NCBI GenBank assembly: GCA_965248925.1
Contig: CBDFLE010000006.1
Span: 3,200,001-3,264,000, forward strand
From: Candidatus Multivoradales bacterium
Lineage (GTDB): Bacteria > Acidobacteriota > Thermoanaerobaculia > Multivoradales > J023
Direction: 5' to 3'
DNA: 64,000 bases
The translations under genes and the position numbers were made by a program. Shown in pieces: positions 57,321 through 64,000 of the stretch. The notes under the pieces are model-generated. The model did not search any database. It worked only from the letters and a program-made list of their open reading frames with translations, and had not been told where the DNA came from. Numbering within the stretch: position 1 is the first letter of the stretch; the number at the start of each line of letters is the position of its first letter.

Positions 57321-58763
57321 TCAGGGACTTCCCACGGAGGCTGTTCTGCTGCTCTCGTGGCCGACCAGGAAGGTGTCGGCTCGGGACAGCTCCTTGGCCA
57401 GGTTCCAGCCTTTCTTGACCGCCGACAGATTGACTTGGCCGGTGGCCAGGGCGGCGCCGAGCTTGAGGTAGGTGCGAGCCTTGCCGCGCATCTGATAGCG
57501 CACCTCCAGGGAGTGGCGCCACAGCTTGGCGTACTCGTCGTAGAACTCCTCAAGGGGCAGCCGAGTGGGTAGTACCGAGTGGACGATGTCGAAGAGTTCC
57601 CAGTCGCGGGTGTTGACCTTGCTTTCGACCTCGCTCCACAGATCGGTGCCGGGCAGGGGGGTGAGCACCGAGAAGCCGCTGTTGTAGGTGCCGTGCAGGC
57701 TGATCCACTCCTTCAGCTTGGTGAAATCGTCGTAACCCCAGTCCGGATCGACGATGAAGTTGCAGGTGAAGCCGACCCCTAGATCTTTCAAGATCTCGAT
57801 CGCCCGGACGTTGTTCGAGGCGCTGTTCTTCTTGTTGACCGAAGCCAGCCCGGCGTCGTCAACTTTCTCGACCCCGAGGAAAATCGCCAGCTCGCCGCAG
57901 TCCTTCCACATCTCGACCAGCTCGGGGAACTTGCAGATGATGTCGGTGCGGGTCTGGACGGTGAAGAACTTGCGCATCCCGGAGGCCTTGATCTGCCGCG
58001 CCATCTCTCTGCCGCGGTTGACGTTCATCCAGAAGATATCGTCGGTGATGAAGACGTTAGGGGCCTCGATGGTGGCCAGCTCGCGCACCACCTGCTCGGG
58101 CGATTTCTCGCGAAAGGTCGACTCGTGGAATTTCCACACCGAGCAGAAATTGCATTTGAACGGGCAGCCGCGGGCGGTTTCCATTAGCGCCAACGGCTTG
58201 CGGAAGTTGATGTAGTAATGCGGCGCGTAGTCGCGAATCAGGTGACGGGCCGGCAACGGCAGCTCATCGAGCTCACGGCGGGCCGGCGCGTGTCCGGTGG
58301 CCACCGGGCCGTCGCTGGTGTTGAGCACCAGGCCGGGAACCTTCGACAGGTCGCGGTCGCCTTCCAGCGCGTCGACCATTGCCGGCATGATCTCCTCGCC
58401 GTCACCGATCGCCAGTGCGTCGACGGCCGCATCGAGGAACCAATGGGGATCTCGCGAGACGTCATGGCCGCCGAGCACCAGCACCGTCTCGGGCAGCCGC
58501 CGCTTGATCGCTCGAGCCAGCTCGCGGGTGCGAAAGCGCTCGGTGGTGAAATTGCACTGCAGCCCCACCAGCTCAGGCTCGAAGGCGACACACTTCTCGA
58601 TTCCGCCCTCCATGCCCTCGAGTCGAAAGTCGAGGATCTGGCAGCTATGTCCATCCGGTTCCAGGGCTCCGGCGACACACTCCAACCCCAGCGGCTCGAC
58701 AAAGGTGATCATCTCCAGGCCGAGAATGCCCGAACTCGGTGGCTTGAGCAGCGAAACGCGCAT
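57321..58763 (-). CDS. Cobalamin-dependent radical SAM methyltransferase (HpnR-like)
   Basis: N-terminal B12-binding domain (EPLGLE, LGGHD), RGCPFKCNFC, TPLPGT. Confidence 0.85.
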   Translation of the reverse strand: MRVSLLKPPSSGILGLEMITFVEPLGLECVAGALEPDGHSCQILDFRLEGMEGGIEKCVAFEPELVGLQCNFTTERFRTRELARAIKRRLPETVLVLGGHDVSRDPHWFLDAAVDALAIGDGEEIMPAMVDALEGDRDLSKVPGLVLNTSDGPVATGHAPARRELDELPLPARHLIRDYAPHYYINFRKPLALMETARGCPFKCNFCSVWKFHESTFREKSPEQVVRELATIEAPNVFITDDIFWMNVNRGREMARQIKASGMRKFFTVQTRTDIICKFPELVEMWKDCGELAIFLGVEKVDDAGLASVNKKNSASNNVRAIEILKDLGVGFTCNFIVDPDWGYDDFTKLKEWISLHGTYNSGFSVLTPLPGTDLWSEVESKVNTRDWELFDIVHSVLPTRLPLEEFYDEYAKLWRHSLEVRYQMRGKARTYLKLGAALATGQVNLSAVKKGWNLAKELSRADTFLVGHESSRTASVGSP

Positions 58764-58966
58764 GGGAACTCCTTTTGCGGCCTGCCGTAAGTCGTCCCGA
58801 GGCAGTGCTCGGTCCGGCGGCGCCTACCACGGCACAGCGGCAGAGTCTTGTTGAGTAACGCCAGCAATTAGAGCAAGGTGGGCCAGGGGGCGTCAAGTTG
58901 ATCGGGCGGCCAGATTCCACGGCAGCCGGCAGCTCGTTGCTCATCAAACCTCAGGCGTCGCTGCTC

Positions 58967-61402
58967 TCAGCCGGCCAGAGGCTCGGCAATACCGGTCTTG
59001 TCGACCGACCAAGGTACCCACACCAAGCCCAGGCGGACCACCGCGATGTCGCTTTTTCTGGGGCTCAGCGGCAGGTGCTCTAGCTGGTGCTCGGTGGGCT
59101 GGGTGGTTTGCTGTAGTTCGAAGCTCTTTTCTTGGAATTCGGCTTCCAGGGCTTGGAGCTTTTCCTGGTACTCGCGGACCTGCTCTTCGGCCCGCCTGAC
59201 GTCGTCTTTCTCTTTACCGATGCGGCCAAAGCTGCGCATGCTGGTCGACGCCCGGCCGACGTTGGAGCGGCTGCCCAGTTTGCGGCCGAACATGGCACCG
59301 AGCAGGGTGGAGCCGATCGAGATCATGGTCGACATCTTCTGCTGAGAGTGTTGGGAGCGCTGTACGTCGACTTTGTCCTCTGCTCGGGCTTTCTGGCTCT
59401 CGATCCGCTCTATCTTGGGAGCGTATTGCTTTTGCAACTTGGCCTTGTCCAGGTCGCGCTGCTCGCGGGCCACCTGGGTCAGGCGGATGCGGAAATCGCC
59501 CTCGCTCTCTCCCGGCTTCGACAGGGTCTTCAGTGCTTTGCATTTCCACAGGTTCATCGGCCGGCGGCGATAGAGGTAGCTGATCAGCTCTTTCTTCCAT
59601 GCCGTGTACTGCTTGGCCTTGCCGGCGGCGCTGGGCAGCTCGGCGAAGCTGGCGCTGTTTTCGGGCTCCGGGTCGGTGTCGAATTCCGCTGCATCGAGTG
59701 CGCTGGCGCCCTCCCACGGGTCGAGCACGCTGGTGCTCGACAGCGGTGCCAGGTAGGCGGCCGACTCCCATAGGTCGACCTGGTAGGACATTCGGACATA
59801 GTGCAGCCGGACGGTGCAGGCCAGGGCCGGCCGGTAGACCAAGCGCGAGCCTCCGGGTAGGTGCCTTTGTTGGCTGAGGAAGGCTTCTTCCGCTGCTGCC
59901 GGCACTAAAGGGCGTTTGGCGGGCTCGGGCTCGTTGAGCACGGCCGCGGGGCTGGCGGCTGGAGCTGACTCGGTTGAAGCCGCAGCGGCGATGGTGGCCT
60001 TGCGGTCCTTCATCAGACGTTGGATCTGGCCGCGGGTCAGAGGGCCGCGCAAGTAGGACATCGCCCAGCGAGTGTGCATCACCACCGGGGCGCCTTCATG
60101 GACGTTGTGCAGCATGAAGACCCGGCTGTCGAGTCCCGACAGGATGGCCTCGGTCGAGGAACGGTCGAACCCGCCCTGGGCGGCACCTTCGAGCCCGTCG
60201 AGCACCCGCGCCTTGTCGCGCTCGGTCTGTAGCCGGCCGAGGAACCAGGTGCCGGTGTTCGACAGCGCCTTGTAGTCCAAGTCGACCGGATTCTGGGTGG
60301 CCAGCATGACTCCCAGGCCATAGGCGCGAGCTTGCTTCAAGAGAGTCAGCAGAGGGATCTTCGAGGGTGGGTTGGCGGTCGGTGGCAGGTAGCCGAAGAC
60401 CTCGTCCATGTAGAGCAACGCCCGCAAGCTGGTGGTGCCCGACTGGCCTCGCATCCAAGACACGATCTCGCTGAGCAGCAGGGTGACGAAGAACATCCGC
60501 TCGGCGTCCGACAGGTGGGCGATCGACAGGATGGTCAACCGCGGCTTGCCCTCGGCGGTCCACAGCAAGCGCTGTATGTCCAGCGGCTCGCCTTCCATCC
60601 AGGCGGCGAACCCGGGGGAGGCGAGTAGGTTGTTGAGCAGCAAGGACAGCTTCATGCGGTCGCCGACCGGGTAGAAGGTGTCGAGTTCCAGGATACCGAC
60701 GCGGTTGAAAGGAGGCTGCTGAATCTCGCGGATCAGGTCGGCCAGTTCCAGATCGCGCCCTTCCTGCCAGGCGTGGTGGAGGATGTTGGAGATCAGGATG
60801 TGCTCGCGGCTCTGAATCGGATCGGCGTCGATTCCGAGCAGGGCTAGTAATCCTGAAACCGAACCGAGGATGCGTTCGCGCAGTGCGTCGCTGTCTTCGA
60901 GTACCGCCGCCGACGGCGCACTAAAACTGCTCAGCACCTTGAGCTGCAAGCCAGCGTTCGAGCCCGGGGTGTAGATCGCTACATCGACGGCGTCGCGATA
61001 GCGAGCGATGCGGGCGCCGTCTTGGCCCCACTGACCGAGGCCCTCGCGCCACAGTTCGGCGACGCTATTGGCGTATTGCTCGGGGCTCTGGCCTTTGCGC
61101 GAAGCCTCGCCGTCGTCCACCCAAGGGCGGAAGTCTTCCGGCCGCAGCTCGGGGAAGGCCAGCATGAGATTGCCGAGGTCGCCCTTGGGATCGATGCAGA
61201 TCGCCGGCACGCCGTCGAGGGCGGCCTCTTCCAACAGCGACAGGCAGAGGCCGGTCTTGCCGCTGCCGGTCATGCCGACGCAGACCGCGTGGGTGGTCAG
61301 ATCCTTGGCGTCGTATAACACCAGATCGTCTTCGACCTGACCGGCCCGCGGGTCGAAGGTCTTGCCAAGGTAGAATGCTCCCAGCTTCTCGTAGTTTTCC
61401 AT
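58967..61402 (-). CDS. HerA/FtsK-superfamily (DUF87/DUF853-like) ATPase with a C-terminal coiled coil
   Basis: GMTGSGKT, IDPKGD, YMDE, KQARAYG, ATQNPVDLDYK. Confidence 0.88.
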   Translation of the reverse strand: MENYEKLGAFYLGKTFDPRAGQVEDDLVLYDAKDLTTHAVCVGMTGSGKTGLCLSLLEEAALDGVPAICIDPKGDLGNLMLAFPELRPEDFRPWVDDGEASRKGQSPEQYANSVAELWREGLGQWGQDGARIARYRDAVDVAIYTPGSNAGLQLKVLSSFSAPSAAVLEDSDALRERILGSVSGLLALLGIDADPIQSREHILISNILHHAWQEGRDLELADLIREIQQPPFNRVGILELDTFYPVGDRMKLSLLLNNLLASPGFAAWMEGEPLDIQRLLWTAEGKPRLTILSIAHLSDAERMFFVTLLLSEIVSWMRGQSGTTSLRALLYMDEVFGYLPPTANPPSKIPLLTLLKQARAYGLGVMLATQNPVDLDYKALSNTGTWFLGRLQTERDKARVLDGLEGAAQGGFDRSSTEAILSGLDSRVFMLHNVHEGAPVVMHTRWAMSYLRGPLTRGQIQRLMKDRKATIAAAASTESAPAASPAAVLNEPEPAKRPLVPAAAEEAFLSQQRHLPGGSRLVYRPALACTVRLHYVRMSYQVDLWESAAYLAPLSSTSVLDPWEGASALDAAEFDTDPEPENSASFAELPSAAGKAKQYTAWKKELISYLYRRRPMNLWKCKALKTLSKPGESEGDFRIRLTQVAREQRDLDKAKLQKQYAPKIERIESQKARAEDKVDVQRSQHSQQKMSTMISIGSTLLGAMFGRKLGSRSNVGRASTSMRSFGRIGKEKDDVRRAEEQVREYQEKLQALEAEFQEKSFELQQTTQPTEHQLEHLPLSPRKSDIAVVRLGLVWVPWSVDKTGIAEPLAG

Positions 61403-61588
61403 CTCCCGCCCCTTGACCAAAATCGTGGCCCGGTGGTGTGTATACGGCGCTCTTGCTGCTTGCTGGCTGAGTTTACCGAGCCGGAAGAGAGGCTTCAAAC
61501 TTATTGCTGCGGGAAACTCTCAAAGCCAGCGTCGGCGAGCGGTTCCAGACAGCATTCGGCACCCCAAGATCGTAGTAGAGGAGAGCCG

Positions 61589-62443
61589 ATGACCCTCGAT
61601 CCAAAGATCCACCAGGCCAACCGGCGGTCCTGGAACGCCGCCACGGGTGCCCACAACAGCCACAAACGCGACCAGGCGGCATTTCTGCGCCAGGGCGGGT
61701 CGACTCTATTTGCCGAAGAACTCGACTTGCTCGGTGAACTCGATGGCAAGAGGCTGGCCCATCTACTGTGTAACTGCGGCCAAGACACCCTCAGCCTGGC
61801 GAGTCAGGGCGCCAAAGCGGTGGGGGTGGACATCAGCGACCAAGCGATCGATTTTGCTCGCAAATTGGCGCGCGACAGTGGGCTCGATGGGACCTTCGTG
61901 CGCTCCGATGTCTATGACTGGCTGGCTGAGACAGCGGCCAGCGGCCAGCGATTCGAGGTCGTTTTCTGCTCCTACGGCGCGCTGGTCTGGTTGTCTGACC
62001 TCGCTGCCTGGGCGCGAGGTGTCGCGGCGATTCTCGAGCCGGATGGGATTTTTGCGACCGTCGAGTTTCACCCCCTTTTACTGATGTTGGAGCAAGACTG
62101 GACGCCGCGCCACCCCTACTTCGGTAGCGCCCAGGCGTTAAGGACCGATGGTGTGCCCGACTACGTTGCCGAGGTTGGCAGCGCCTTGGCTCCCTCCGGT
62201 TGGCAGCCCGGGGTGGTGGATTTTGTTAATCCCCATCCCGACTACACCTTTTCCTGGAGTCTGAGCCAAGTGATCAGCGCCTTGCTGGCTGCGGGGCTCA
62301 CTTTAGAGCGCTTCGAGGAGTATCCCTACAGCAACGGTGGTTACACCCTGCAAGGTATGGCGGCCGACGCCGAGGGTCGTTTCTGGCCGCCGCCGGGACG
62401 GCCGCAATGGCCCTTGATGTACGGCCTGCGGCTGCGGCGTTAG
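61589..62443 (+). CDS. Class I SAM-dependent methyltransferase
   Basis: HLLCNCGQDTLSLA, GVDIS, SYGALVWL; GAGGAG RBS. Confidence 0.88.
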   Translation: MTLDPKIHQANRRSWNAATGAHNSHKRDQAAFLRQGGSTLFAEELDLLGELDGKRLAHLLCNCGQDTLSLASQGAKAVGVDISDQAIDFARKLARDSGLDGTFVRSDVYDWLAETAASGQRFEVVFCSYGALVWLSDLAAWARGVAAILEPDGIFATVEFHPLLLMLEQDWTPRHPYFGSAQALRTDGVPDYVAEVGSALAPSGWQPGVVDFVNPHPDYTFSWSLSQVISALLAAGLTLERFEEYPYSNGGYTLQGMAADAEGRFWPPPGRPQWPLMYGLRLRR

Positions 62444-63165
62444 GCGACCTCTGGTGGTTTGCCAAGTAGTGCTAGCAAGTGACTGCGCCACGGCTCCACG
62501 GCGGCCAAGGCCGGGTAGAGTTGATCGACCCACGCCGCCGGCAAGCGGCGTGCGATGTGCGGTAGAAAAGTGAGGCTGCGCACCGGGCCGGCGAGCCGCG
62601 GGAAGAGGGCTGTCAGCTGCTCGCGGGTCAGCGGTCGTACGTCCGGGTTGTGAGGGTTGGCGCGGCGGCTGTCGTAGATCAACACCGCACCGTCCGGGGC
62701 CAGCACCCGCATTGCTTCGGTGGCAACTCGTCGGCGCATGGCGGGGTCGAGGATTGAGCTGAAGACGGTCAGCAGGCTCACCAAATCGAATTTTTCATCG
62801 GGCCAAGGCAGGGCGCTGGCACAGCTCAGGGAGAGGGCGGTCCGTGGCAGGCGTCGGTGGGCGCTGACCAGGGGCTTGGCGCGGAGATCGACTCCTGCTA
62901 GAAGCTCGGGCCTGGCGCCCCACTGCATTAGCTCGAGCAGGAAATGACCGTCGCCGCAGCCGATGTCGAGCACTCGCCGACCGGCCAACGAGGTGCAACC
63001 CCGGCTGGCCAGCAGGCGCCGGCTGAGCCGATAGCGTTCCGCCAAGCGATGGGCATGGGCCTCGTCCTCGTGGCCGAACCAGCTCGCCTCGTCCTCGTCA
63101 CGTTTCTCATATGCCTCCCGGATCCGCTGCCGCTCATGCTGCATTTGCTGGTCGGTCCGGCGCAT
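62440..63165 (-). CDS. Class I SAM-dependent methyltransferase (glycan-locus associated)
   Basis: VLDIGCGDG, GVDL, FDLV, TVFSSI; coupled to the glycosyltransferase. Confidence 0.9.
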   Translation of the reverse strand: MRRTDQQMQHERQRIREAYEKRDEDEASWFGHEDEAHAHRLAERYRLSRRLLASRGCTSLAGRRVLDIGCGDGHFLLELMQWGARPELLAGVDLRAKPLVSAHRRLPRTALSLSCASALPWPDEKFDLVSLLTVFSSILDPAMRRRVATEAMRVLAPDGAVLIYDSRRANPHNPDVRPLTREQLTALFPRLAGPVRSLTFLPHIARRLPAAWVDQLYPALAAVEPWRSHLLALLGKPPEVA

Positions 63166-64000
63166 CAGGGCAACAGCTCGCGGTAGATCTCACTCAATTG
63201 GTGAGCGATCTTGCCGAGTTCGAAGCGTTCGAGAGCGAGCTGCCGGGCTCGCCTGCCGTAGCGCTTGGCGGCCGGCCGATCGCGGAGCAAGTCAACGACT
63301 GCTTGAGCGAGTTGCGACGGCTGCCGAGTGGGTACCAGCAGGCCACTGCGGCGGTTGGCCACGACTTCGCGGCAGCCAACGTGATCGGTGGTGACGATCG
63401 GCAAACCGGCAAAGGCGGCCTCGATCAGGGCGCGGGGAATGCCCTCGCGATAGTAGGACGGGAACACGAAGACGTCAGCCGCCGCCAACAGATCTTCGAT
63501 GTCGTCCCGCGGCCCGAGCCACTCGAGTTGCTGGCCGAGGATTGCGAGGTCCGCGCTATCGAGAGCGTCGAGGGCCTCCTTGTCCTGCCCTCCTGCCCAC
63601 CAGATCCGGCAGTCGGGATGGGCGTCGCGGATTGCTGTTGCCGCGCTCGCCAGATCGAGCGCTCCTTTGGAGCGGATCAAGCGGGCGACCGTCAGCACCA
63701 TCTGCTCACCCGCTGCCAGGCCCAGCTTGCGGCGGGCCTCAGCACGATACTCAGGCCGTTCGGCGAGCCTGGCGAAACGGCTTGCCAAGACCCCGGAGCC
63801 AGCGATCACTCGACATTGTCGCGGCGAGACAATTTTGCGCTCAACGAAGATCTGGCGATCCTCCGCGTTGTAGAACAGGGTCAGTCCGGAGCGGTGGCAG
63901 GCCAGGGTGTGCAGCCGGCGAAAGACCTCCCGACGTTGGCGGATAGACGGGGTGTCGTAGGTGTAGAGGGCGCCCAGGCCGGGCAGCGTACCGATCACTG
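63165..64000 (-). CDS. GT4-family glycosyltransferase (5' part outside the window)
   Basis: VARLIRSKG, FVFPSYYREGIPRALIEA, TTDHVGCRE. Confidence 0.93.
   Translation of the reverse strand, partial: VIGTLPGLGALYTYDTPSIRQRREVFRRLHTLACHRSGLTLFYNAEDRQIFVERKIVSPRQCRVIAGSGVLASRFARLAERPEYRAEARRKLGLAAGEQMVLTVARLIRSKGALDLASAATAIRDAHPDCRIWWAGGQDKEALDALDSADLAILGQQLEWLGPRDDIEDLLAAADVFVFPSYYREGIPRALIEAAFAGLPIVTTDHVGCREVVANRRSGLLVPTRQPSQLAQAVVDLLRDRPAAKRYGRRARQLALERFELGKIAHQLSEIYRELLP

Noticed and set aside
58967-61402. HerA-based anti-phage system
   Set aside because: No Sir2, NurA or DUF4297-like partner adjacent

Overview
GC-rich bacterial chromosomal segment with about 60 genes. I found no rRNA, tRNA, CRISPR array, integrase or transposase. 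The gene content (archaeal-like ArgRS, ECF sigma/anti-sigma/HEAT cassettes, NTT-HEAT transporter, XPB-DUF790 pair) suggests Acidobacteriota; this is an inference only. Housekeeping genes (argS, tmk, holB, msrB) are mixed with regulators and secreted proteins. Top candidate system: a minus-strand set of an NTT/TLC-type nucleotide carrier with HEAT repeats, a stand-alone cNMP-binding protein, a signal-peptide PPP phosphatase and a signal-peptide PI3/4K-Fam20C-like kinase. Together these could form an extracytoplasmic phosphorylation cycle supplied with exported ATP. Second candidate: an orphan 712-aa protein combining a barnase-like RNase motif set, an OTU-like Cys/His protease motif set and a C-terminal membrane anchor. 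The window also has three eroded pseudogenes, a Walker-B E-to-Q sigma54 activator, two anti-sigma domains lacking zinc ligands, and REP/REPIN-like repeats. All family calls come from motif recognition by eye; no database searches were run.
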